Shown here: piece by piece, positions 9,997 through 19,056 of the stretch
Numbering within the stretch: the stretch's first letter is position 1
Layout: each line of letters opens with the position of its first letter
Assembly: GCA_041660165.1 (NCBI GenBank)
Contig: JBAZWW010000001.1
Location: forward strand, 28,009-92,008
Reading direction: 5' to 3'
Source of the DNA: Patescibacteria group bacterium
GTDB lineage: Bacteria; Patescibacteriota; Patescibacteriia; UBA9934
DNA: 64,000 bases
Position numbers and translations under genes: made by a program
Notes under the pieces: generated by a model
What the model was told of the DNA's origin: nothing
The model's database searches: none
Seen by the model: only the letters and a program-made list of their open reading frames with translations

Positions 9997-11565
9997 ATGC
10001 CCGAACGGCTGAAACGACTGGCCCAGCACCTTGTACCGGAACTGCCTTTTGGCGCTTCGGCCAGCACGGAATTTATTGAGGTCAGCGCCCCGGCTTCCAC
10101 GGCGGCGAGTCTTTATGAAAAGATTCGTAATTCGCTTGAATACCAGGAAGAGCATCTCCTGCGCCGGAACGCTATCTTGCGCATTTTGAAACGGTTCGTG
10201 GGCACGCACTCCACGCTTGAAAGCACGGCCGGCAATTTGTTGCGGGAGCTAGTGTGGGCCAAGTATTTGCCGAATAAAGTAGTGCCGGTTACGTTTGTGC
10301 AACGGATTGCTCCGGTCCTCGCTAAGTATGAGCCCCTGCTGAAAGCGGCCGAGGCATCAGGACCTGAGCAGGATTTTCTTTTTCACTTTGTCCTCGATGT
10401 TCTCGCTACCGAGATCGAATATACGCTCCAACCGCCAAATGTGGATGAGGCGCTGGCCAGTTTCATGTATGAGGAGATGAAGACGCGCACGGAATGGGAT
10501 CCTACGCTGGCTATTTCCGAGGAAGATAGGGATTTGCGTTTTTACGTAGCTGTTCATCGAGCACTCCTGAAATCAACGCCGGCCACTCTGCGTTTTCGAT
10601 TATTTACGCTTTATTATCCAACCTGGAAGGAGACAACGGCTGATGATCCGCTGGTAGCAGAAATTGCTGGTAGTCTTTCTACAGTGGTGTCGGCCATTGA
10701 AGGCCATATCCATCATCCGCTGACGGAGCGATTGACCAGGCTCCTGCGCCGTCGCGCCGGCATTATTCGCGTGCTCGGTGATGTCTTGAAAGGCGCTAAA
10801 GAGGAGACATATGAGGATCCTGAGACGCTTGACCATGCTGTAGCTGAGGCCCTTGATCTTCGTACAAAAGAATTCAGGGTTCGTCTTCGCCGAACGGTCG
10901 TTCGTGCCATCATCTTCCTGGTCATCACTAAAATGTTTTTGGCGCTCTTGCTTGAGGTTCCGTATGACGCGCTTTTCTTCCAGGGCAAAGCTCCGCTCTA
11001 TCCGCTGTTCATTAACATTCTTTTCCACCCCGCATTCTTGGCGGTCCTTTCGCTCACGGTGAAGATTCCGCAAAAGCAGAATGCCGAAGATTATAAGAGT
11101 GCTATTCGCGCGCTGTCCGTGGGTGCTGATCACCCCGCCCTCCATATTCGTGTTCGGCGGGAAACAAGGGGCAGGCGCCAGGTAGTTTTTGATACGATTT
11201 ATGGCGTTCTCTTTTTGGCCGTCTATGGCGCGATTGGTTATGGGTTGCATGCCGGCGGTTTCCATTTGCTATCCGTGGCGCTCTTCCTGTTCTTCATTTC
11301 GCTCGTGACTTTCTTTGCGATTCGCATTCGAACCTCAACCAGAGACATCGTCGCTTCGGATTCCAGGTCCGGTCTTTTTGGCACGATTTTTGACACGCTT
11401 CTCCTGCCGATTGTTCGCGTGGGCGCCTGGTTGAGCGTAAAGGTTTCCAAAATCAACGTCTTCATCTACTTCTTTGACTTCATCATTGAAGCCCCGCTTA
11501 AGGTAGCCATTCAATTCATTGAAGGCTGGCTGGCCTTTGTCCGGGAGAAGCGTGAAGAAATTTAA
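9997..11565 (+). CDS. Conserved hypothetical membrane protein
   Basis: 522-aa ORF with YEKIRNSLEYQEEHLLRRNAILRIL and several C-terminal TM segments; in an operon-like string. Confidence 0.75.
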   Translation: MPERLKRLAQHLVPELPFGASASTEFIEVSAPASTAASLYEKIRNSLEYQEEHLLRRNAILRILKRFVGTHSTLESTAGNLLRELVWAKYLPNKVVPVTFVQRIAPVLAKYEPLLKAAEASGPEQDFLFHFVLDVLATEIEYTLQPPNVDEALASFMYEEMKTRTEWDPTLAISEEDRDLRFYVAVHRALLKSTPATLRFRLFTLYYPTWKETTADDPLVAEIAGSLSTVVSAIEGHIHHPLTERLTRLLRRRAGIIRVLGDVLKGAKEETYEDPETLDHAVAEALDLRTKEFRVRLRRTVVRAIIFLVITKMFLALLLEVPYDALFFQGKAPLYPLFINILFHPAFLAVLSLTVKIPQKQNAEDYKSAIRALSVGADHPALHIRVRRETRGRRQVVFDTIYGVLFLAVYGAIGYGLHAGGFHLLSVALFLFFISLVTFFAIRIRTSTRDIVASDSRSGLFGTIFDTLLLPIVRVGAWLSVKVSKINVFIYFFDFIIEAPLKVAIQFIEGWLAFVREKREEI

Positions 11566-12578
11566 TGTTCAAGCATAAGCGCACACCACTTCGCGTCCTG
11601 CTTGGGGGAGCTGTCTTTCTCCTTCTCTTTTCAACTTCCGTCTACATTGTGGCGGAAGTTTTTGTTCTTCCGCATCCCGTGGTTTTTGGCGTTACCTACT
11701 CGCCTCCGCAGGCTCGCTATCTTGGACTGAACGAGCGTGAAACCTTCTCCAGGATGCTCGACGATTTGCAAGTAAAGTACGTTCGCCTGCCAGTGTATTG
11801 GAACGAAGTACAGAGTGCTCCTGATTGGTTGTACTGGGATGACCTGGATTATTTTATGGCCGAGGCGTCCAAGCGCGGTGTGAACATTACGCTTGTGCTT
11901 GGCCAGAAAGTTCCGCGTTGGCCGGAGTGTCATATCCCCGTTTGGGCGTTGGCCGAGCAGGGAACGCCAAAATATAGCGATGACTTGAATGCGTTCTTGA
12001 AACTTGTCGTCAACCGTTATCAGGACAGCCCCGCGCTGTACCGTTATCAGGTAGAGAACGAACCGCTGTTTCCTTTTGGCAAGTGTCCTTCTCCTGACCT
12101 CGCGCTGTTGAACCAGGAGATTGATACGGTGCGGTCGAGCGATCCAAGCCATCCCGTTCAACTCACGGTCAGCGGTGAACAAGAAGCCTGGCTTGATCTT
12201 GCCCATTCTGCCGATGTCCTTGGCGTTAGCCTCTACCGTGTAGTTTGGAATAGCGCCATTGGCCCCGTGGTCTATCCGCATCCGCCTAGCTGGTACGGCA
12301 TTCAGCGTCTGCTCGTTTTGCCATGGGTGAAGACCGTCATCATTTCCGAATTGCAGGCTGAGCCGTGGTTTGACGGCGGGGTGATACCAACGGATCTAGA
12401 GAAAGCGTATCAGGCTTTTCCCAAGGAGCGCCTGCGGGATCACGTTGCCTTTGCTCGCCGAACCGGCTTCCATGAGGCATACCTGTGGGGCGTGGAATGG
12501 TGGTATTATTTAGAGAAAATGGGCGATGCCCGGCTCTTAAATGAGGCGCGTCGGATCTTTCGCTCCCAGCCGTTATGA
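11565..12578 (+). CDS. Clan GH-A (TIM barrel) glycoside hydrolase, membrane anchored
   Basis: VRLPVYWNEV, acid/base motif QVENEP, nucleophile motif ISELQAEPW, YLWGVEWW. Confidence 0.8.
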   Translation: MFKHKRTPLRVLLGGAVFLLLFSTSVYIVAEVFVLPHPVVFGVTYSPPQARYLGLNERETFSRMLDDLQVKYVRLPVYWNEVQSAPDWLYWDDLDYFMAEASKRGVNITLVLGQKVPRWPECHIPVWALAEQGTPKYSDDLNAFLKLVVNRYQDSPALYRYQVENEPLFPFGKCPSPDLALLNQEIDTVRSSDPSHPVQLTVSGEQEAWLDLAHSADVLGVSLYRVVWNSAIGPVVYPHPPSWYGIQRLLVLPWVKTVIISELQAEPWFDGGVIPTDLEKAYQAFPKERLRDHVAFARRTGFHEAYLWGVEWWYYLEKMGDARLLNEARRIFRSQPL

Positions 12579-13957
12579 CCTACGACTTTGAGGTGATCAT
12601 TATTGGCGGAGGCTCGGCTGGCTTAGCGGCCGTGGAGGGCGCCAAGGAAGCTGGCGCCCGGCGGATTGCGGTGATTGAAAACCGTGATCTTGGGGGCGAG
12701 TGTCCCAGACGCGCCTGTGTACCAACGAAAGCTCTGCTCTCGGCCTCGAAGCTGTATCACGCCATGCGGAAAGACTCCGCGCTCATGGGCATTCGGGCCA
12801 GCGGAATCTCGATTGATCTCCAGGCTGTCATGAAGCGGAAGGACGCGGTTGTCTCTACCATCGTTGGCGGTAAAAGGCTGGAAAAAATGCTTCAGCAAAA
12901 AGGCGTTGAGCTTATTCGCGGAACCTCGGCCTTTGAGGATGCGCACACTCTGCGTGCTGGTTCGCGGGTCATAACGGCCTCCGCTTTTGTCATTGCTACT
13001 GGCTCTGTTGACGTGATTCCTGACATTCCAGGCCTCAATAAGGTGGATTATTTGACGTACGAGCATTTGGTCGATCTGCAAAAATTGCCCAGCTCGATTG
13101 CGATAATTGGCGCCGGCCCCGTTGGTTGCGAATTCGCTACGTTCTTTGGCCAGCTAGGCGTCAAAACGTACCTCATTCAAGCGGGCGCGCATATTCTGTC
13201 CCGAGAAGATGAGGAGCTAGCGATTATTGCGGAAGCTCAACTGAAAGCGCTCGGCGTCACGGTCCTTGCCAATACAAAAACGCTGAACGTCAAAGAAGAG
13301 GGGAAGTCTGTGGTCATCACTTATCAAACCGGCCGGCGCCCTCGGGCAAAGCTGAAAGTGGCCGAACTAGCCTTGGCTGTGGGCAAGCGTCCCAACACGG
13401 TCGGGCTCGCGCTCGTTACTGCGGGCATCAAAACTGATGCCAAAGGACGGATTGCCGTGAACAACATGCTTCACACCAATGCTCGGCATATCTTTTTAGC
13501 CGGTGATGTTTCGTCAAGGTTCCTCTTTACGCATACCGCCCATTACGAAGGCTACATTGCAGGTTGGAACGCTGGCCGAGTACTCGATAGAAAATCCCAG
13601 CTGGCCACGGATCTTTTGGTCGTACCTCGCGTCACCTTCATTGACCCGGAACTCGCGAGCGTGGGCCTGACCGCCAAAGAAGCGATTGACGCCGGATTTT
13701 CGATTCGTGTTCTGAAAGCACCCATGCGTTATCTCGGCCGTTCCGCCGTTGATGGCAAGCGCGAGGGCTTGTTCAAGGTTATCCTCGACCAAAAAACCGA
13801 TCTTATTCTCGGTGCGCACATGCTCGGCGAACGCGCGGGGGAGGTCATGCAAGAGCTTGCTTTGGCTATGCGTTCCGGGATACCGTTTAGCGCTGTCCAG
13901 TCTGCTATCCGCGCCTATCCAACGTATTCGGAAATTATCGCGTTGGCGCGGGAATAA
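12575..13957 (+). CDS. Class I pyridine nucleotide-disulfide oxidoreductase (lipoamide dehydrogenase / mercuric reductase-like)
   Basis: IIGGGSAG, redox motif GGECPRRACVPTK, GAGPVGCE, AGD, PRVTFIDPELASVG; C-terminal AYPTYSE. Confidence 0.88.
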   Translation: MTYDFEVIIIGGGSAGLAAVEGAKEAGARRIAVIENRDLGGECPRRACVPTKALLSASKLYHAMRKDSALMGIRASGISIDLQAVMKRKDAVVSTIVGGKRLEKMLQQKGVELIRGTSAFEDAHTLRAGSRVITASAFVIATGSVDVIPDIPGLNKVDYLTYEHLVDLQKLPSSIAIIGAGPVGCEFATFFGQLGVKTYLIQAGAHILSREDEELAIIAEAQLKALGVTVLANTKTLNVKEEGKSVVITYQTGRRPRAKLKVAELALAVGKRPNTVGLALVTAGIKTDAKGRIAVNNMLHTNARHIFLAGDVSSRFLFTHTAHYEGYIAGWNAGRVLDRKSQLATDLLVVPRVTFIDPELASVGLTAKEAIDAGFSIRVLKAPMRYLGRSAVDGKREGLFKVILDQKTDLILGAHMLGERAGEVMQELALAMRSGIPFSAVQSAIRAYPTYSEIIALARE

Positions 13958-13958
13958 T

Positions 13959-14495
13959 ATGAAAATGAAAATAGAGGAAGAAAAATTGCAAAAACTTAAA
14001 GAACAAAGCGCTAAGTTCTGGCTGACCATCACTCGTACGCGTCCGGCTTGGGGCATGATCCCCGTGCGCATCGTTTTTGGCGTCATGTTGGTTCTTGAGG
14101 GCATCTCGCGCTTCACGTTCGTTAGGCACAACCGTGATTCGCTCATTGCGCAACTGCCTCATGAATGGCAGATCTTATTTATTGTCGTTTTTTCTGTGGT
14201 CGAAATTATTGGCGGGGCCATGGCCGTTCCTGGCGTGATGACGCGGTTTGTTGGCATGGCCATTTTGGTTGAAATGTTTTTTGCGATTATGTTTGAGCGC
14301 ATCCCTTTTGCTTTCACGCATGATCTTCAGGCGCAGATTCTTTTGGTCGGTATCGCCTCCCTTCTCATGTTTTCCGGTCCCGGCAGGTATTCAGTGGACG
14401 GCCTCATCGCTCGAAAGATTTTGAAAAAATACCCCATTGAAAAATGGAAGGTCTACGTCTACGCAGAGACCCCGCTCACGAAATGGTATGAGTAG
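13959..14495 (+). CDS. DoxX family membrane protein
   Basis: RIVFGVMLVLEG, EIIGG, GPGRYSVD; ATG at 13959 follows the upstream stop. Confidence 0.82.
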   Translation: MKMKIEEEKLQKLKEQSAKFWLTITRTRPAWGMIPVRIVFGVMLVLEGISRFTFVRHNRDSLIAQLPHEWQILFIVVFSVVEIIGGAMAVPGVMTRFVGMAILVEMFFAIMFERIPFAFTHDLQAQILLVGIASLLMFSGPGRYSVDGLIARKILKKYPIEKWKVYVYAETPLTKWYE

Positions 14496-14496
14496 C

Positions 14497-14530
14497 TCCC
14501 ATCCCGAGCCATGCGAGGGATCCGACTTTC
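14497..14530. repeat. Partial REP-like element
   Basis: CCCATCCCGAGCCATGCGAGGGATCCGACTTTC, matching the elements at 15684 and 48951. Confidence 0.7.
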
Positions 14531-14621
14531 TCTGGCGAAGTGGGGATAAGATGGTCTATTACCCCCCCCATGTTATGCTTCTCATAACTCATAATTCATA
14601 ACTCACTCAGGTCTTTCTCAT

Positions 14622-15389
14622 ATGAAATATCTTCTCTCGGCCTTTCTTCTTGCCTTGTCCTTCGCCCCTCTCGCCGCCCAGGCGGACATCGCTCCGGACC
14701 CCGGCACGCATGAGTGGTCTACGCACGCCATGTTTGATAATCTGGCCGATTACCCAAGGTATGACGTGTACGTGAGTGAAAATTGGCGATTTGGGCCATC
14801 GCTTGTACTAGCGAGTGATGCAGTAGCGCCCACGCCTGAGCAGGCTCTTGGCACTGGTCATCCGTCTTCCGAGGGGACGCCGTTTATTGCTGTTAAACAG
14901 AGCAATCAAGCAAAAATCTTTCATCAAGATGATCCTGGCCAGGAACACGGTGATTTGTGGGACATCCTTCCTGAGAATCAGCAATATTTTATTAAAGCCG
15001 TTGTAACCGGTCAGGGCGCGGACATGTCTAAGGAAACGCTAATGAACGGCTCACTGCCAGATTCAAACCACACCAATTACATTGCCTACGTTTATCACAT
15101 TGATAGTTTGACGGACACGGCTTTCACGGTTCATTTTGTGAGCGAGTCCAGGCTCGATAAAACCGGGGTGCTCATCAGCGGTCCGAATTTAAGCAAAGCT
15201 TCCATCAGCACCGATCAGATCATAGCCGGCGTTCCCGCACTACCAGCGCCCTTTGATAACGGCAATAACGGCCGAGTCATAGTTGCTTCGCCGGCGGTAG
15301 CCATGTCTCCTTTTGCACTCATCTGGATTGTCATCGTTTGCATGGGAGCCATCATCCTAGCTCTGGCCATTAAGACATGGAAGAAATAA
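14622..15389 (+). CDS. Hypothetical exported protein with C-terminal TM anchor
   Basis: Signal peptide (AAQA/D) and C-terminal hydrophobic helix followed by KTWKK. Confidence 0.7.
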   Translation: MKYLLSAFLLALSFAPLAAQADIAPDPGTHEWSTHAMFDNLADYPRYDVYVSENWRFGPSLVLASDAVAPTPEQALGTGHPSSEGTPFIAVKQSNQAKIFHQDDPGQEHGDLWDILPENQQYFIKAVVTGQGADMSKETLMNGSLPDSNHTNYIAYVYHIDSLTDTAFTVHFVSESRLDKTGVLISGPNLSKASISTDQIIAGVPALPAPFDNGNNGRVIVASPAVAMSPFALIWIVIVCMGAIILALAIKTWKK

Positions 15390-15682
15390 AGTTCCTCATC
15401 TTAACGATCATTGTTGAGCTACCCGTTGCTTTGCTTTTTCTGCGGAAAGAAGACTGGCGGCGGGTGGCTTTTGTGGTTCTCGGCGTCAACATGATTTCGC
15501 ATCCCATTGTGTGGCAGTTGATTTTTTATCATCAGGTAAATTGGTTCATGGCCGAGTTCGGGGTCGCGGTGTTCGAGGGTCTCGTTTTTGCCGTTATTTT
15601 TAGGGATCGTCGAGTCCTCGCTGCCCTTGCGGCCGTTTCGATGAACGTTTTTTCGGCTGCCATCGGATACATTTGTTTCTAA
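15377..15682 (+). CDS. Hypothetical small membrane protein
   Basis: Four TM segments (TIIVELPV, NMISHP, E...FEG); overlaps the upstream gene. Confidence 0.7.
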   Translation: MEEIKFLILTIIVELPVALLFLRKEDWRRVAFVVLGVNMISHPIVWQLIFYHQVNWFMAEFGVAVFEGLVFAVIFRDRRVLAALAAVSMNVFSAAIGYICF

Positions 15683-15683
15683 T

Positions 15684-15791
15684 CCCATCCTGAGCCATGC
15701 GAAGGCTCGCCCGTAGGGCTACGCCCGAGGGATCCGACTTTCCCTGCGAGACGCCGGGAAGGTCGGGCTCTTCGCTCTCGCTCAGAGTGGA
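15684..15791. repeat. Composite REP-like element with a nested ~26-nt insert
   Basis: CCCATCCTGAGCCATGCGAAGG[CTCGCCCGTAGGGCTACGCCCGAGGG]ATCCGACTTTCC...GGAAGGTCGGGCTCTTCGCTCTCGCTCAGAGTGG. Confidence 0.72.
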
Positions 15792-15836
15792 GATAACCTG
15801 ACACCTGTTGGTTCTCTATGCTACCCTGTAAACGCT

Positions 15837-16412
15837 ATGAACAACGAAGTCGTCTTGGACATTGAAACGCAGAATACCTTTGACGAAGTGGGCGGTTATT
15901 TTACGGATAAACTGAAAGTTTCTCTCGTCGGCGTTTATTTTTATGAAACCGATACGTACGAGTCGTTCCTCGAACCAGATCTTCCGAAATTGTTCGCTCG
16001 GCTTGAGAGGTCTGGCCGGATCATTGGCTACAACTCTATAGGCTTTGACATGCCGGTCCTCAATAATTACTACACGGGAAATTTGCTGAATCTGCCCCAG
16101 CTCGACATGCTCGCCCATATCAACAAAGCGCTCGGCTACCGCATCAAGCTTGACGCCGTTGGCCAGGCAACGGTTGGCATCGAAAAGAGCGCGCACGGTT
16201 TGCAGGCGGTGGCCTGGTGGAAGGAGGGTAATATTGAGGCCATTCGCGAGTATTGTCTGCAGGACGTAAAAGTGACTAAGGAAGTGTATGAGTTTGGCCG
16301 AAAGAACGGCTATCTATTATTCGATAACCGTCAGGGCGAGCGTCAGGCCATCCCCATTGACTTCTCCGAAGTAAAGCCATTGACCACCGTCAACATGACG
16401 TTGGGTCTCTAG
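15837..16412 (+). CDS. YprB / RNase_H_2-like DEDD exonuclease-domain protein
   Basis: VLDIET, IGYNSIGFD, KLDAVG, EYCLQDV. Confidence 0.85.
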   Translation: MNNEVVLDIETQNTFDEVGGYFTDKLKVSLVGVYFYETDTYESFLEPDLPKLFARLERSGRIIGYNSIGFDMPVLNNYYTGNLLNLPQLDMLAHINKALGYRIKLDAVGQATVGIEKSAHGLQAVAWWKEGNIEAIREYCLQDVKVTKEVYEFGRKNGYLLFDNRQGERQAIPIDFSEVKPLTTVNMTLGL

Positions 16413-16451
16413 TCTTGACGGTCAATTAGACATAGAATATTATGTCAGTAT

Positions 16452-16727
16452 ATGAACCCCGTAGCCATTACCTATTCTGTTAGAGACCTTCAGCGCAACT
16501 ATCGAGCGGTTATTGATGATGCGAAACGGACGAAGGACGCTATTGTCCTCATCAATAACAGTGTGCCCGAAGCGGTCTTGCTGGATGTTGAAACATATAA
16601 CGCGCTGGTAGTTGATGACTATCCGTGGGACGTACCATTTACTGAAAAACAGGTGAAGGAGGCTATGGCTTCTAGTAAGGCCGGCAGGGTTCGTCGACTA
16701 AAGTCTGTTAATGATCTCGACAAGTAA
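16452..16727 (+). CDS. Phd/YefM family antitoxin
   Basis: SVRDLQRNYRAVID...VLINNSVPEAVLL; directly upstream of a RelE-like gene. Confidence 0.85.
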   Translation: MNPVAITYSVRDLQRNYRAVIDDAKRTKDAIVLINNSVPEAVLLDVETYNALVVDDYPWDVPFTEKQVKEAMASSKAGRVRRLKSVNDLDK

Positions 16728-16728
16728 T

Positions 16729-17004
16729 ATGACTCTTGTCCTCGACTCAACGACAGAATTCGATCGAGACTATAAGAAGCTCCAGCGACCATTGCAACTT
16801 TTAACAAAAGAACGACTAAATATTTTTATCGAAGATCCGTTCGCTCGTACGCTTAAGACTCACAAGCTTTCCGGAAATTATCAGGATGTTTGGGCATTTT
16901 CCGTAGATCACCGATATCGGGTATTGTTTTGGTTTTCAAGTAAGGGTGTAGCTGAGCTTCTCCGAGTTGATGACCACTCTGTTTACAGAAAAATGAAAGC
17001 ATAA
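16729..17004 (+). CDS. RelE/YafQ-like mRNA interferase toxin
   Basis: FDRDYKKL...LKTHKLSG...WAFSVDHRYRVLF...DDHSVY. Confidence 0.87.
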   Translation: MTLVLDSTTEFDRDYKKLQRPLQLLTKERLNIFIEDPFARTLKTHKLSGNYQDVWAFSVDHRYRVLFWFSSKGVAELLRVDDHSVYRKMKA

Positions 17005-17007
17005 TGT

Positions 17008-17757
17008 ATGCGGAAGGCTTGTTTCTTCATTATCGCTCTTGCTTTCTTGGCTTCATTTGTCGGCGCGGTGTTGCTATTGCGATCAAGGTTGCCCGATGGC
17101 GTAGAACGGCGAGTAACGGCGATCAATGATCGGAAAGTAGCGTTTGATCTCATAAACCTCACGGCGGGCGGATATACGTTTGAGAACGTCCTCGATTCAA
17201 CGAGTCCGAAAAGCGTCCAGTCCTGGCGTGAAAATTTGGGTGCGGATATTGTTTTCAACTCTGCATATTTTAATGGGGCGAATGAACCAACGGGTTACTA
17301 CGCTCTGCCAGCTTCTCCGAGCATTACTCCTTGGCCGAGCGTGAAGGAACAAGCTGATACGGCTAGCTACTCGTTTCTTGTGCAAATTGTCGAGGGGAAA
17401 TTGAGGCTCGGTTACTTGCCCAGCTCGCCAACGACTGAAGCTCCGATGAATGCCTTTCTCTCATTTCCTACACTTCTCGCTGACGGCCAAGTGCTCGTAA
17501 AGTCTGACTCCGGCAGTCTGGCCTCCCGCACCATGCTGGCTCAGGATCCCCGCGGAAATATTTTTCTCATTGTTACCGAGAAAGCCCCCTTGTCTTTGTT
17601 CGAGTCCGCTCAGTGGCTTTCACAACAGCCCGAACACTTCATCTTGGCCGGCAATCTGGATGGCGGTCCCTCAACGGGCCTCTCCATCACTGACGGCAAG
17701 CACGTCCTTAACGAACCATCCGCGCCTATCCCAAACGTGATCGCAGGCTCCCGTTGA
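17008..17757 (+). CDS. Phosphodiester glycosidase (NAGPA-like) family protein
   Basis: FNSAYF, SRTMLAQD, AGNLDGGPST; N-terminal TM. Confidence 0.8.
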   Translation: MRKACFFIIALAFLASFVGAVLLLRSRLPDGVERRVTAINDRKVAFDLINLTAGGYTFENVLDSTSPKSVQSWRENLGADIVFNSAYFNGANEPTGYYALPASPSITPWPSVKEQADTASYSFLVQIVEGKLRLGYLPSSPTTEAPMNAFLSFPTLLADGQVLVKSDSGSLASRTMLAQDPRGNIFLIVTEKAPLSLFESAQWLSQQPEHFILAGNLDGGPSTGLSITDGKHVLNEPSAPIPNVIAGSR

Positions 17758-17835
17758 ACTTACTTTTCACGACGCAACGCGCGCCTCGGCGCTCATCTTC
17801 GCGGGGTTTGGGCCTTATCCCCAAGAGACTGACCA

Positions 17836-17884
17836 ACACTACGGGTAGTGGTATACTGATTGGGCAGTCCACAACATGTTGTGT
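17836..17884 (+). promoter_or_regulatory. Tandem NrdR-box-like operators upstream of nrdBA
   Basis: ACACTACGGGTAGTGG (17836-17851) and CCACAACATGTTGTGT (17869-17884) resemble the consensus acaCwAtATaTwGtgt, 33 bp apart, flanking a TATACT -10-like hexamer. Confidence 0.72.
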
Positions 17885-18043
17885 ACGGTCGTCAGTGGGG
17901 GAATCCATAGTAAATGGACCCCGTTAGGGTCTTTTTTCATCATTAAGAGCTCCGTCGAGTGAGGAAGGAGAGGTTGGAATATTCTTTAAAGAATTTATTC
18001 AATCCTCTACCTCCTCTCCCTCCTCTGCCGTCTTTTTCTCTTT

Positions 18044-19054
18044 ATGGCTTCCCTCGCTATGTATCAGACCTCGCTCCAGACCTTTGTCACGCCTCAAGCT
18101 GGAAAAACGTCTACGCTTCTGACACCCAGAAAGGTGTACCGGCCATTTGAATACCCGCAGTACTACGAATATTTCCAAAAACAGAACCAGGCGCACTGGC
18201 TTCCTACAGAAGTGCCCATGGAAAGCGATATTGCTGACTATCGTTTTCGGCTTACAAAAGAAGAATCAAACCTCATCATCCAAATTCTTCGTTTCTTCAC
18301 TCAAGGAGACATTGAAGTAAACAATAATTACAACCAGCGCCTGATTCCAGCTTTTCCAAAGCCAGAAATCAAGATGATGCTCTCTGCTTTTGCCGCCATG
18401 GAAAGCGTTCATGTGTGGGCCTACTCGTACTTGAATGACTCCCTCGGCCTTCCAGAAAAAGAGTATTCAGCGTTTCTTGAGTTTGCCTCAATGAAGGCCA
18501 AGTACGACTACATTCAGCAGTTTGACGTGCATAACGTAGAAGAGCTCGCTACGAACCTGGCAGTCTTTGGTGGGTTCATGGAAGGCGTGAGCCTTTTCTC
18601 ATCCTTTGCCATCCTTATGAACTTCCCGCGCATGGGCAAGATGAAGGGCGTGGGCCAGATTGTCACCTGGAGTATTCGAGATGAAAGCTTGCACAGCAAA
18701 GGCGTCTGCCACATGTTCCGGGATTTGATCGCCGAAAATCGTTATCTTTGGACAGACGCTTTCCGCAAACGGCTCGTCAGTGCGTGTGATGACATGGTCA
18801 AGCTCGAAGATAACTTTATCGACACCTGTTTTGACCTGGGTGCTGTGGCCGGGCTCAAGCCGGAAGATGTGAAACAGTACATTCGCTACATTGCCGACCG
18901 CCGGTTGAATGACCTTGGCCTCGACGCCATTTACAATGTGATAAATCCGCTTGAATGGCTGGATACGATGATTAACGCCAAAGAACACACAAACTTCTTT
19001 GAGAATAGGGCGACGGAATATTCTAAAGGTGCGGTCTTAGAAGATTGGACATAA
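18044..19054 (+). CDS. nrdB: Class Ia ribonucleotide reductase beta subunit
   Basis: HWLPTEV, FFTQGDIEV, MESVH, EGVSLFSSF, RDESLH, NFFENRATEY. Confidence 0.95.
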   Translation: MASLAMYQTSLQTFVTPQAGKTSTLLTPRKVYRPFEYPQYYEYFQKQNQAHWLPTEVPMESDIADYRFRLTKEESNLIIQILRFFTQGDIEVNNNYNQRLIPAFPKPEIKMMLSAFAAMESVHVWAYSYLNDSLGLPEKEYSAFLEFASMKAKYDYIQQFDVHNVEELATNLAVFGGFMEGVSLFSSFAILMNFPRMGKMKGVGQIVTWSIRDESLHSKGVCHMFRDLIAENRYLWTDAFRKRLVSACDDMVKLEDNFIDTCFDLGAVAGLKPEDVKQYIRYIADRRLNDLGLDAIYNVINPLEWLDTMINAKEHTNFFENRATEYSKGAVLEDWT

Positions 19055-19056
19055 TT

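Noticed and set aside
14581-14606. (TCATAA)-like short tandem repeat upstream of a gene
   Set aside because: Only about three imperfect units; no support for phase variation.
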